64,000 nt of DNA, taken from NCBI RefSeq assembly GCF_964355755.1, contig NC_092678.1, positions 23,577,365-23,641,364 of the forward strand, written 5' to 3'. The notes under the pieces are model-generated. The model was not told where the DNA came from, made no database searches, and saw only the letters and a program-made list of their open reading frames with translations. Source of the DNA: Antedon mediterranea. Its lineage: Eukaryota; Animalia; Echinodermata. The position numbers and the translations under genes are program-made. Below, piece by piece: positions 25,498 to 39,001 of this stretch. Positions within the stretch are counted from its first letter, which is position 1, and each line of letters begins with the position of its first letter.

Positions 25498-27033
25498 GTT
25501 CCACGCTGGAACTACTACGAGACCTATAAAATACAAAATCAACATTTTTCTTAAGTTATCATGCAATATGTTTTTGTTTATCGTACTATGACCTAACTCC
25601 CTTTAGATAAGATGGTGTATGTGGGTCAATGAATCAATATTAATTTTCAGTATCAGTTAGGCCTATCAATGTGCTATTTATTTATCTTTTTGATAAATTA
25701 TGGCACGATCATTTACATTTGTATACGTTGAATTGTGTTTATATATTTTATGTTGTTTAAGAAAATAAAAATTGGATAGGGAGAAGCTGAGAGGGATACG
25801 CACCACCACAAGCCCCTCATGATACCGTTTCGTCTGCATTTCTGCCCAAAAGATTTACTTTAATCTCACCATCTGTGACGTAATACAATTACAGTGACGT
25901 TTGGAAGGGGGATGGGGGGGGGGAGGCAAAGGGGTTTAACTTGCATAACTTGTAACTCTTTTAATCCACGTATTTGCTGTATTGTTAGGCCTACGCAGGC
26001 ATACGTCATCGTTATAAATTTAACAAAGTTTTAACCAAGTATTTTAATTGGCATTGATATATGTATTTTACAATTAAATTTTCTGATGTTGACCGCACGT
26101 ACATATATATTAACCTTTGAACTTTTCCCTGGTGACGATTCATTTTATAGCTGTCATAGGTGTGATAAAACATTTAAAACCTATCATGTTTGTATTTTCC
26201 AGGGAAATTCTGTACCGTCGATGTACGAAAAATAAGTTCGAATGAATGCTGCCCTCAATGTCGGAAATGTTGAAACTCCCACACGTTGTATTGCGGTAAG
26301 TTATGACGATGAAAGATTGTACTTTTTAGATTTTCGGCCAAAAAATATATACTTGTTAAGCGTCAACCTCTGAATAAATAAAAAAAAAACACTATAGTCT
26401 TATTTGTATTACCATTTTTACATAAACTGATACCAACATGTAGCCTACAAATGAATGATACAAACATTTTCAACTTCAAGAAAACCATTTAGCTTAATGC
26501 AATGAAATTGAATTTTTAGTTGTGTTTTTTGGTCATTTAAAAAAGGTTAAATTAAAAAAACAGAGGCGGCTCGAAAATCAAGAGAGGGAGGTGACGTTTA
26601 ATTTAAGTATATATTTTTTGGTCTTATCTTGGTTGCAGTATTTGTAATATGTTCTTTTAAATGTTTTTACCACACCGTTTACCTTAAACGGATAGCGTTT
26701 AGGTGTCACGCGTATAAGTCTTCGTCTATAGTTTACATCCACGGGCCTGGAAGCACTGTAGGCTTACTGTCATTTGACCGTACTTTGACTAAAAAAATCC
26801 CACGAGATGTTCCGCACTCTGCACTCAGTGCTGTAGGCCTAATTTGTTATTTCACTAATTATACAGATTCCTCTCACGCAACGATTTAGACGTCGGGTTA
26901 TGATAAGTCGACGTAATCAAAGCGTAAGGAGTACCGGTACGTTGGGCATGGGCTTGGTTGACCAATCACAAGCAAACATTCGGATAATGCATCGCTGTGA
27001 TTGGTTAAATTGCTTACGTCGCGCTTATCTCGG

Positions 27034-27199
27034 AGCTTGGTTCCCACTAGAACGTAACGCAAGGACGTAAACGCAACGCAAGCGTTTTAACCAATGACAA
27101 GCGAAGTTATAGACAGTTAGCAATCACAAGCAAATAAGCCATCGCTTGTGATTGGTCAATTCACTTGCGTTGCGTTGCGTCGCTAGTGGGAACCACGCT
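27034..27199 (-). mobile_element. MITE family B, inverted copy, adjacent to or within an older relative (~26905-27033)
   Basis: Reverse complement of 19273-19451 with a small internal deletion. The upstream flank has a diverged TTGACCAATCACAAGC..GTGATTGGTTAA core. Confidence 0.88.
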
Positions 27200-30100
27200 T
27201 TACGTCCTAATCACCAACTTTACGGTATCAGATTACGTAATATGTGCGTTTAATAGTTAAGTGTTCACACAATACAGGAACCATGATTTCGTAATTCACG
27301 ACTAAATAGCATTGGCCTACTACATGGTCTGGAAGTAATCTTGTAAGGGCTTATCTTTCACCGGCATGAGGCTTGTTGGCTGACCCCTAACTTTACTTCT
27401 GACTGTTGCCCTCGAGTAAATTTTCCACATTCTGTGGACTCGAAAGTTTGTTAGAATCTTGATGATCCAGGAGGAAAATGAAAGAAATCTTAAGGTTGAT
27501 TTATTAGATTATTTTAGTCAATCGTACGGTTATTATGGAAGAAGAAAACACGGAAAGAAAGAGCATAACTGTGGAACATTGGCCCATAGTGAAGGAATTT
27601 CACGAACCTGAGAACATGGATGCATTAGTCCTAAACACTGGTGATCAAACAGAATGAGTACCGTTTATTTGAAAGAGCGTTATAAAAGTTTGAAGATATG
27701 TTTTCTATCTAATTAAAAAAAAACAAAAAACAAAAATCAAATTTTAAAAATAAACCGTAATTTAATACGCCCACTCAATCCTGAATCAGCATGACATTAT
27801 ATCTTTGATTTGTAAGATTAATAAAAAGCTAGAAAGACATATTTTGGGGAGAAAAGATTGACTTAACGATGTCTTTGTTTATCAGAGAATGGCTGCTGCC
27901 CGGGAAGCACCCGTGTGACTCACAACCTCCCGGTATAGTATGCGTGGTGGTTAGTTGATAGCCTTTACCTACTCCACTAACCTTAAAACGCATCACCACC
28001 CACAACCTCTAACGAATTATATAACTTCCGTATCCAAACCCAGACACTGTTGTCAATCAGAATTAAGATAAATTAATAAATTGGCAATACTCCCCGACCT
28101 GTGAAACCGATCTAGTCGGTAATAAAAATGGCCTTTGACAAAAAATGAAACAAATTGTAAACGCCTAGAACATGGAGTACATACGGCTAATACAGTGTTT
28201 GATAATAATAATATCATTCTTGCAGAGTTTTAAAGATATAAGAGGAAACTTAAAATTTATATATTTAAAAAAGACAATACACAAACATAATAAAATTGTT
28301 TATTTATCAAAATGATTATGTTTTGAAATGAAATAAAGGTGAGTGAACCTCACAAAAGAGAAAAAAAATCTCATTCAAACGTGGTTTAATTAGGAAGATA
28401 AAAAGAAGATTTTAGCACATAACTGTAAAAGTCGAAATATTTCGTAACCCGGTGATTACGTATAGGCCTACACCATTTGAAAAAAAACAAAATTTAAGTG
28501 AACCAAATTTTACGACTGAGTCACTTAGGTCCAAAATATAATTTTTTAAAAGAGCAAAGGCGCTCATTGCTTTATGTTGTGGTTAAATGTGTCATAAAAA
28601 CTCAGCTAAAATTCTTCTGTCAGTGTCTACCTAAGAACAACGCTAGCATAGATCTGAAGTGTGTGGTAAGCCGCGGAAACGTAGTAGTAGCTTGTTCCAA
28701 ATCAATATTTTAAGGCAAGAAGGGGAACCCAGATCAATAAACAGACACGCGCCATATTGAATATGATATCCCATCTAATCTACATCATCCAGTTGGCATT
28801 AAATTAATGAAATAATTTTAAAAAGCAATATTGCATGGTATGAGACGCTTATTTAAAGAGTACATACCACCGGTACACACATTGAAGTGTTCAACGCCGG
28901 GCGGCGCGTACGTTCAAACGCGCGCGATCGACACTGACAAAAATGTGTGAAACTCGAGCGGTTGAATTTGTGTAGGCCGCGCCTACAAGAAGTCTTCAAG
29001 ATAGTTTAACAGAGCCATGTATAGGCAAATTTCCCCCATTACTCATTGGGTTTGGAATACATTATTATTGCATTTCCCTACCGATAATATACCACCTACC
29101 TACTGGCGATTCCTTAATGAATGATCTCATAGACAATGAACAAAAAATATATATGCAGTCCTTAGGCCTATTATAAGTGATAAGATTAGTAAGTGTACAG
29201 TATAAAGTGGTAACGTTATGGTCCAAGTCGGTATGAGTTGGTTATACCTTTATTGTATAGGCTATGATGCAGGGCATTGTATGTGTATAACAAGGACACG
29301 AATAGGCTACTATATAAAACAAGAAAATTAAAAAAGAAAGGAAAAAAATAATAGATTTAAAACAAATTTGCAAGTCACAAATTAATTCGTAAAACGGTAG
29401 ATATTTTAGCCCGATAACGTATTATCTTCTGATGCAGGTTTTGCGCCTGCGTAATTCTAAATCCTGCCGCATCATTCTTGAAAGCGTAACTCATTTAGTC
29501 TTTGAGCAGAAATTTCCTGACTGTAATTTCGTCCCAAATAATCTAATTATTGTGATTACTAGGCCTCTAGATTTCCAATGCTGCTTTACCGTATGGTCAT
29601 GCCTAAGACAGGATAACCCCCAACATGAGCAAAGTGGCAGGTGGGCACCTTTAATTTTCAGGCTTGTGCCATTTTCTTTGGCATTATTATATTATAGAAT
29701 TTACTCATATAACCAATCTTGCGATATAACCGGCCTATACGTACATATCCAATACCGTATATACGCGTATAAAACCGACACGCTCAAAGCAGATGAACGC
29801 GCGCGTAAACTAATGTTATTTCACGCGCTTTAAAAGACTTTGGAGCATAATTGTTTAAATAGCCGTGCATTATAATATGATACAGGTGTAACATTATGTT
29901 TATTATCTTTAATAACATCGATATACTGTAGTTTCAAAATGGCATTATAGAACGGTAATGATGGCTCACCTTCATTAAAATATGGATGATATACGTGCCA
30001 ATCATAACCACATCCGCCTCCTTAAAAAGAAACAAGGGGGTTTACAGCTTACCGCTAGCACGGCATCATGACTCTGGGAGTTCGTATTCCCAAACATCCA

Positions 30101-31139
30101 TAACTTTAGGCTATAAATAATCTAGGAATCATTGGGATAATCGAAGTAGGATGTCGTTGTAATGTTTTATTTATGATGCCGTTGTTTTTCATCATCTATT
30201 TTTGTTTATCGCTGATCTAAATCGAGGAAGGCTTTTCGAACTTGGAACAAATATTTTAATAATTTATTTACAATGTTGGTTAATTGTGCCAAGTCATCAT
30301 GTATTCGATTCATATCTTTTCTGTCACGACTGATTATCATGGATATAGTGCAGTGGTATAATGATAACCAGTCGATGTATATTATAGAAAAATAGACATA
30401 TTTATAAATAAAAATAAAAATAAAAAATAAAAATAAAATACTGGAATTCAAATAACGCATAGTAAATATAAATTTCCCGACCAAAAATTGTGGTAATGAT
30501 GATCTTTTTTTTTTTAAAATAGAACGCTTTTTAGAAATAATACGGTAACGCTTTAAAATACGCTGGAACATAAATGCCATTTTCAACATAGATAATGTAT
30601 AAGCTTAACAAAAAATAAAGATAGAAAAAATAAGACGTGGAAAATGTTAACATTGATATTTGATATAATAAAAAACTTGAAAGAAAAAGAAAACTGCGAA
30701 TTGTTAAATAAAAAAATATATCTGTACGCCTATTTAGAAACAGTTTTATGTTTAAAAGTCAATTATGACTTTTATGTGTTTAAAAGTGTTTTCACCAATG
30801 AATAAATTAAGAACCAAATTAAGAACATTTTGTGGCTAAACCCGCTTAAATTATAAGAACATTTGGTGAAAAATCTACTGGTTTTTAATATAGTGTAGTT
30901 TAGTCAAGTAAACAGAGGCCTACTTCTTCCTCGCTTGTGAATTGGTTCGTTGTTCAGAGGCATATTTTTCAATACAAAGCAAATTGTTATTTTATTAAAA
31001 GTCTAATCGCTAATCGCTACATAAATTAGATAAGTTTATCAACCAATAACTATTAACAATTCTTGAGTACTCTAAGGAAAATCTATTCAAACGCGATAAT
31101 ATATAATGTAAATCCACTCCATAAGTTCCTCCACTGATG

Positions 31140-31260
31140 GTAATGTAAACCAGTTGTTGTTTTACTTAACCAATCACAGACCGGTACGAGACTCACGTGG
31201 CCCAGAAAAATGCCTAACCACGTGACATCATAGAGTGAATGTTTTTCAGCTGCCGCGTCG
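31140..31260 (+). promoter_or_regulatory. FBXL14 proximal promoter
   Basis: CCAAT at 31170-31174 and two CACGTG E-boxes (31194-31199, 31219-31224), followed by a GC-rich leader just upstream of the ATG. Confidence 0.55.
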
Positions 31261-31302
31261 CAGGCCGCTGGTGGGCCGTGTGTGTGGATTGCTCAGTTTA
31301 AA

Positions 31303-32493
31303 ATGTCCGCTGAAATACACATTTCATGTTTATTTCCCGAGATTTTGGCAATGATATTTAGCTATTTAGATGTACGTGAAAAAGGTAGATCTGCCCAGGT
31401 GTGCCGGGCTTGGAGAGACGCTGCTTACCATCGGTCCGTTTGGAGAGGCGTTGAAGCTAAGCTTCACTTACGAAGGGCGAACCCGTCTTTGTTTCCTAGC
31501 TTAGTCGCCCGTGGTATTCAACGAGTTCAAATCCTGAGCCTAAGACGAAGCCTGAGTTATGTTGTACAAGGAATGCCTAATATCCAATGCTTGAATTTGA
31601 GTGGATGTTATAATTTAACTGATAATGGACTAGGACATGCGTTCACACGACTGATACCATCATTGACTGTTTTGAATTTAAGTCTTTGTAAACAAATTAC
31701 AGATTCTAGTTTAGGACGAATAGCACAAAATCTGAAAGGCCTTGAATATCTCGATCTTGCCGGGTGTAGCAATATTACAAACACAGGACTGTTATGGATA
31801 GCATGGGGCCTACCGAAATTGAAACATTTAAATTTACGGAGTTGTCGACACATTTCTGACATGGGAATCGCACACATTGCTGGTGTCAGTGGGAATGAAA
31901 GTGAAGGGAATAAATTGTTGGAGGTTCTTGTATTGCAAGACTGTCAAAAGTTAACGGACTCAGCGTTATCGAGCGTGGCAAGGGGGTTACTTCGTCTACG
32001 CAGTGTTAACTTAAGTTTCTGTTGCGGTATCACAGATACCGGTATGTTGGACCTGTCTAGAATGCCTAGCCTACGAGAAGTCAACCTCCGCAGCTGCGAT
32101 AATATCAGCGATATGGGAATTGCGCATTTGGCTGAATCGGGCTCGCATTTCAACGCCATCGACGTTAGTTTTTGCGATAAAGTTGGAGATCCGGCGTTAA
32201 ATCATATCGCTCAAGGGATGAAGAATCTTAACAGTATCAGCCTCAGTTCGTGCCAAATTACAGATAACGGTTTGGAGAGACTTGTTAAAAGTTTACAAGA
32301 AATAACGACATTGAATATTGGACAATGTGGATTGATCAGCGACCGTGGTCTCGCTCTTATTGCGCAGTATTTAAAACAATTGAAATGTATTGATTTATAC
32401 GGCTGTACAAAAATTACAACTGTTGGTTTGGAAAAAATTATGCAGCTCCCTTGCTTATCTGTTTTGAATCTTGGTCTTTGGCATAGACGGTAG
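31303..32493 (+). CDS. FBXL14: F-box/LRR-repeat protein 14 (Ppa orthologue), intronless, 396 aa
   Basis: ATG at 31303. HISCLFPEILAMIFSYLDVREKGRSAQVCRAWRDAAYHRSVWRGVEAKLHLRRANPSLFPSL is the diagnostic FBXL14 N-terminal F-box. It is followed by cysteine-containing LRRs (LxLSxCxxITD) ending LNLGLW. Confidence 0.97.
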   Translation: MSAEIHISCLFPEILAMIFSYLDVREKGRSAQVCRAWRDAAYHRSVWRGVEAKLHLRRANPSLFPSLVARGIQRVQILSLRRSLSYVVQGMPNIQCLNLSGCYNLTDNGLGHAFTRLIPSLTVLNLSLCKQITDSSLGRIAQNLKGLEYLDLAGCSNITNTGLLWIAWGLPKLKHLNLRSCRHISDMGIAHIAGVSGNESEGNKLLEVLVLQDCQKLTDSALSSVARGLLRLRSVNLSFCCGITDTGMLDLSRMPSLREVNLRSCDNISDMGIAHLAESGSHFNAIDVSFCDKVGDPALNHIAQGMKNLNSISLSSCQITDNGLERLVKSLQEITTLNIGQCGLISDRGLALIAQYLKQLKCIDLYGCTKITTVGLEKIMQLPCLSVLNLGLWHRR

Positions 32494-33429
32494 AAAAAGA
32501 AACACAGATTTGTTGAAAGGAGGATATATTAAGCGGGTAAACAAACAGTTTTATTGTTTGAAGAATACTGAAATATTCTAGTGAATGGGTTTTTGAAAGG
32601 TTTTTATGTTCTACTATGGCTTTACATCTAATTGTAGTGATCACAATCCAGTATACATAGTTGTTCTGATATTTTTACCCTCGGGGATCAAATAGCAGAG
32701 GAGTGGAAATAATAGAGCATGCAAAGTGCATTTTGGGGCTAGCAAACCATGCTAGATCCCCTACAGTCATAGGTCAAGGCCTAACTAAAGCACAGGCTGA
32801 AATCAGTTGATGATGATGCAAAATAGTTTATAGTATTTAAAGTAGGGTTTATATCCCTGTATTTAATATTTGTAAAAACGTAAATCGATTAGGCTATTAC
32901 AATATTGTACATTTAAAAACATAATTATTAATTTTAAACACACATTTCATGAATTGAATGTTATGGTATATTAAGACTTGACTTTATAATATTACAGTAT
33001 TTCAAGCATGTCAAGCATGGTAAATACCTGTATCAGTGGCTTTGTTTTGACCTATGACCTATTCATCTTATGAAAGGTGGTAGGACAAAAAGGCCTCGTT
33101 TGATAATAGCAGAATATAAAAGAGTCTTTAGCAGCATTCAACACACTTTTGTGAGTGTGTTTTAACAAAGTAGTGTGGGCCATTGAGTTATTTAAGCAGT
33201 CTTTAAATGAATAGAACAAGCATCATACATACTTTGTGATTACAGTAATTACCATTAGACTGCTATCTATTACTATTAGTGCTATAAAGGACCATGCCAA
33301 TATCATTGTACTGCATTAACTACAATATTTAGCCTTGTATATATTATATGCAATAATTTAGCAAATCATTTGGTTATCATACACACTCTTTATTGCAGTT
33401 AGTGCCTCTTATAACTTATATATTGTTGA

Positions 33430-33824
33430 AATAAACTAAAGTCATGTTACTGCAGTAAGTGAATGCAGATCAGAATTTTCACATATTATAATAATAATAA
33501 TTAATATCCATATATTGTTCTTCCAAAACGATTAATTATACAATTTTATTTCATTTTTAATGTTCTTATTAAATGGATTTAAAAAACAAAAACTCCAAAC
33601 TGGATTTTGGGGTTGAAATTGAAATGTTAGATTCGAAAATATAAATTAATTTCATATTTTATAAATGATTACTTGGCGAGAATAAGTGCATATATTATTA
33701 TTTTTGCATCTAAAATTTAATTTGAAGCCTTGTAATGCCAAATGGCATTTGATGCCATGTATTGTATTATAATGTTTTGGAAATGTATCCAAAGCTCTGA
33801 CCAAAGTTTTAATTTTTCAATAAA
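33430..33824 (+). terminator. candidate FBXL14 poly(A) signals
   Basis: AATAAA at 33430-33435 and 33819-33824, after an AT-rich 3' UTR-like stretch. Confidence 0.35.
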
Positions 33825-36800
33825 AATATAAACTTAAGAATATATGACATTTGGAATTTTTATACTTTATTATTAATGTTCAAGTTTGGACAATTATGTG
33901 AGTTTAAACACGAGTGGGATATTGTATCGTCGATTCTCTCGTATATTACATTAATCGAAAACAAATTCTTAAACAAAAATGCTTTGGGTGAAAAACTAGT
34001 TGATCTTGAGCAGAAATCTACAAACTTAAATGAGAGACAACATACCAAGCCCCCTACGCGTCAAGCACGATAACATTCCTGTACAACTGTCAGGTCAATA
34101 GGGCTAAAACTTAAAATCAACAAATGGTGTAACATGACTGACCTTTTTAGGGTTTTCGTGCATTTCAATAGTTATAATTGCCTATTGAACGTTTTAATGT
34201 TTTTATCGTCTGTGACAACCAAAAAATGAGAGGAGTATTGCGTTAGTATTTTGTTGAAGGAGGTGTATGGGCCTACTAACATAATTTGTGGAAAAGAAAC
34301 TTCGTATTTACAGTACGGTAGATTCGCATATACTTTGCGTTTTTTCATTAAAAAAAAATCGACAGATACAGTGTGCACGAGATTTTGCGGCCTCAAACTT
34401 ACATATTTTCTATTTGACAATATATTCGGTAGGGATGTTCTATACAGTTTGCGAGAAATAATTTTATAATTCGTAAACTTGGCATATCAAATTACGTAAT
34501 AAATACGGTGTATTTGGTGACGTATTTATACGTAGTTATCGTCGGAGATTTAAAATGGATAGATAAGGGATTTACTGTGTTGTTGTATATTTATAGTAGA
34601 CCACCTACTGGTTCTATTTTTAATATTTTTAAAGAAGGAGATTTTCTCGATTATGATCATCATAACAAGTTGTTTATGGTATTGGTCGTAGGCCGCTAAA
34701 CCAAACAAAAATATTATACTGGTGGTTAGGCCATATACATTAGTAACAAGCTGTATTCTACAGTGTTGTAAACGTTTTATGAAACGGACAGCCTTGGCTC
34801 CATTAATTCTCAATTCTGCATGATATCTATGTAACATCTGCTTTCAAATATAGAGATAATATTCGTATTATATATGATATTCACGTTTGTGCCATGGCTC
34901 CTAGTGAAACATTGGGTTTCTTCGCCTTTTAACATTCAGTTCAATTCTGCCTCATTTAAAGTAACAATGGATGGTTTTACTGAATCTGTGCAGTATCAAG
35001 GCAAATTATGTAATAATAGTATCACATGTATCACATGTTATCGTGTGGAGATTCAATAGATTAAAAATTATACCTGGATGGTATGATTTATGAATCTACT
35101 GTACTCTATAGTATTAGACCCTGGAAAAAGATGTGTCAAAACTCTATCCATGTGGTTATTACATCATTATGGCACGCGCGCGTTCAACCTCTGTTGATTC
35201 TCATCTACTTTTCAGCGCGCATCTGATTCGTGTTATTTCTTTTCCCCCAGAACATGGAGATAATTCCATGATCTACTTATGACGAATGACGAAGGTTTTT
35301 TTTTTACCCCCTTTGATTTTTAGAAAAAATGTTAATCATATCCAAGGCAGGAAGTTGTTGACAAATCCTGGTAACCTGAACGAAATTGAATTTAAAATTC
35401 TTGATGATGTTAGGTCGAGTTTTGTTAATTCGTCGAGGTCAGAGATTTGAAGCTCTTGAGGAAAAATGATATTATTGTGACGTCATCTAAATCAGCCTCC
35501 ATACTGTAGTAATTCGAGTATCATCATTTTACAAAAAAATAATATTAGGTTGGCTCTCTGTTTGAACCATTTTGTATATCTGAAATAATGATTAATTTAA
35601 AAATAAATTGCTATTAGAAATTATAAGAGAATTATAATGTTTAAAAAAACAGAATTCCATGTTTTCGATTATTTATAGCAGGCTAGGCCTGTTTTGTTTT
35701 TTTAATAGAAGGCGTATCGTGGATTCATTGGTGTATTGACGAAATAAAATAGGTTTTGAAATTCCCTCTGCTATAATATAATATGGTAAGTTTTGTTGGC
35801 ATTATTGAAGACTTTTTGTTGTAATTAACACACCGATAAGTTTGTAATCGCCACATTGTTAGACAATGAATGGGGTAACCTTTGACCCCGATTATTCACA
35901 AGTAAGTGTCAAGGTACTTTTCACAATTTTAGTTTCGTTTTTTTAGTTGCTTTAATTTTGTGGAATTCTGTATAAGAAATCAACCAAACATTAATGTGTT
36001 ATTAACCGTAATTTAAAGAAACAAGCATATAGTCTGAAATCAATGTATTTTTAGTTGAATTTAGCTGTTGTTTATTTATTATCTTGTTTATAAGCGAAAT
36101 CATTACAATTGGCAAAAAAATATTGTCTATATTGTATACACGATTAATATATTTATCTTCATATTTCATGTTTTGTTATTGAGAAATATTCCCATCGATA
36201 TTCATATTATCATCTGTTGTTGATGATATGCCTTTGTTCCAATATTAATATTTGTATTCATGGCCGGCCGTTTGTGACTTAGGCCAAACTGTTGTTTTAC
36301 TTTTAGTCAATGGATTAGCCATATCGTGGGCTGAGTAAGTGGTTACCGCTTTGTTTCCCACTACAATCTGTATCGCTGCCGTTTACCATACTTCAAATTT
36401 AGGCCTACGTTTTTTATTATTATAATGTAGTCGGTTAAAATATACTAATAATTACGTATTGGATAGCCGATATTTGTATACGGTACATTGATTGTATTTT
36501 TAAAAGTGTACCAAAATCCGTGTGGTTTGCCCCAACACGAAGATTTGATATTGAAATCTATATAAAGTTACAAAACTTGCAGTTTCGATATGATTTAGCC
36601 TAATTTATAGTACATTCACTCCAGTAACCGCATAGTTTTCATTTAAATAGTTACTATAGGGAATAGGCCTTCATTAAAGGTAAGCAACTTAACTCGAACC
36701 ACCACGCACTACGTCACATGATCACAAGGGTAACATTCCCTTTCCCCAGTCAATGCTACGATTAAACATAATTGTGCTTATATTACGTCATATGTGAGCA

Positions 36801-37461
36801 TTCTAATAACATACGGTAATGTAATGAATGTTATAGTAGGCTTAATGTTATATACAAAAATGTACATACGGTATAATGTTATAGGCCTACATATTTTTGA
36901 TAATTTATGTCTCTGAGTTAGGCATAAAGGTCCACAGTAACTCCACCATTATATAATCAACGCGTACTACATGTATATACTGTACCCCGTACGTAATATA
37001 TCGTAAATACGTATATAGGCCTTAAATCGAAATACATATTGATATGCATATATTTTGTATGTAATTTCTGATAGGATATATAGTTTGATATTGTAGTTTT
37101 AATAACTATTCCGTATAATTTATTGTTTTATATCGGAATATTTTATTGATAGCCGTATACATTTCTGTTTCTCTTCATTTACGGTTCCCGTGGAGAGAGG
37201 GGCCCACACATTCCTCTAACTACAGGGGACCGTCGGAAATCCGTATCCGACGTGGCCTTTTCTCACAGAATACAGTCATCTGAATCATGTGTTTTAATGT
37301 ATTTTTCGGTTATAATATTCATACATGATATTAGTACGGTTGTAGCAAAACCCTTTGCATGTCATTAGCTCGAAGGACGTTTAGTAAATCCACTCGCTGT
37401 AAATCTATCAACGCACGCTTAGACAGACAACGACCGACCGACGTCTGCTGTAACATAATGC

Positions 37462-37978
37462 AAATATCGTACTACGCATGCACGGTAGCCACGATATCGT
37501 ATTATCATTAATATTATATTCGTGCACGAGAATTCATAGCGTCCGTCGTATACCGTACGATATAAATACCATAGCGTATCGTATAGATGCCACATATCGT
37601 ATACGGGTATCATACGTGTTCGTGCACGATATCACGATCGTATACCATGCGTATATTATACTCGTGGACAAGAAATCACGGTATCGTATCTTAAGCTTGG
37701 TTCCCACTAGCGACGCAACGTAACGCAATCTACGCAACGTAAGAAAATGCCCTTCTAATAATTGTGTTTGCCCCCGCCTGCGTGAAATCAAACCTGCGAT
37801 GTTTGCAGCACTATTGCGTCGTCGGTTCCCACTTGTGATTACGCAATACACCACTTTGCGTCAATACGTCGCTGCGTTGCGTCCAAGTGGGAACCAAGCT
37901 TTATACCCGGCGTAAACGAGTCTGATAGGTAATGTATCGTACTACGTAGGCACGGGGTTCATACTCGTATATCGTAAT
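37462..37978. repeat. degenerate CpG-rich repeat (TATCGTA/GCACGA motifs), interrupted by a MITE
   Basis: Recurring TATCGTA, CGTGCACGA and CGTATA motifs on both sides of 37694-37900. Confidence 0.55.
37694..37900. mobile_element. MITE family C (family-B-type TIR, different interior), 207 bp
   Basis: AGCTTGGTTCCCACT..AGTGGGAACCAAGCT with a TTA TSD at 37691-37693 and 37901-37903. Confidence 0.9.
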
Positions 37979-38934
37979 TATATTAGAATGAATGAGAAGC
38001 ATGATCAGAGTCGCTACTCTTGCGTTTTATTTTAAATACAGTATAATTTTTATCCACGATATTTCTAGGCCTACATGGTTTATCAAAATCACGACGTCAT
38101 TAAACTTAAACCATATTAGCTGCTTTAAATAGAGTGAGTTGTTTGTGAAAACACGCGCCCGGTACGTCAGTATTGTTCTAACCACCGTATTAAGCTACTA
38201 TGTGCATCAGAAATAGATACATCAGTTGTTTTCACTCGTCATTAATGATAACAACATTTATCATAGAAATACAAATATTATTTTAATAACAAATAACAAG
38301 CCAAAAAAATGTTTAAAAAATAAAAAAGAAAAAACAATTAACTGAAACATTCAGAAGTGAAACGATTGAAAAAAACAGAGTCGAAATGTTTTTTTGAAAC
38401 TTGAGATACGTGTGCATTTAGTCGGATGACGTTGTTGTAAAATAGTGGCGAGATAAGAGATATGTTACGTAAGATGAATCTATGAGTTTGTAATCCGACC
38501 AAATGGAATGATTGTTATCATTTAATATACGGATTATTTAATATCTCTGATACGAAATTATAACTTAGATGTGTTGTAAATGTCCACTAAGAAATGATAT
38601 TTCAATATTATGATGAATCTGTCTAGAAATCACGGCGTCGTTGCTGGATCAAGTTTTATCAAAAACTCACGTCGCTCATTCACCGGTCATTAGCACCATC
38701 ACAACGAGAAAACGCAGCGCATTTTATCCGTTTTTGAACGCGTGCGTGAACGAACCCACAATGTAGGCGGCCTAATGTTGTTTGTGTGGGCCTGCCATAT
38801 CCTATTTCTTTCTGCATAAAATTTAACCTATATTGACAATGGCATAAGAAGATTGAATATAGTAAAACTCCTTCTTTGGACGTCACCCCTGGTTAGCGAC
38901 GAGGGTGTGTGGGTTTAGCTTTTTTCAATTGTTT

Positions 38935-39001
38935 TTTGTACAGCGCTTAGAGGTTTCACAAGGCGCTTTATAAATCTAGGATATTATTATTTGTTATTAT
39001 T
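38935..39001 (+). mobile_element. possible L2-clade LINE/SINE 3' tail
   Basis: TGTACAGCGCTTAGAG..AAGGCGCTTTATAAAT stem-loop followed by a (TAT)n-like tail. Confidence 0.35.

Noticed and set aside
30206-30589. 127-aa minus-strand ORF between Wnt5 and FBXL14
   Set aside because: It is a low-complexity translation of AT-rich runs (poly-K, F/I) with a non-ATG start and no domain.
31282-31302. ORF-track GTG start for FBXL14 (MWIAQFK extension)
   Set aside because: This is a eukaryotic gene. The ATG at 31303 in an AAAATG context matches the conserved N-terminus (M..HISCLFPE).
31608-32644. Minus-strand ORFs overlapping FBXL14
   Set aside because: They are antisense shadows of the real CDS with no recognisable domains.
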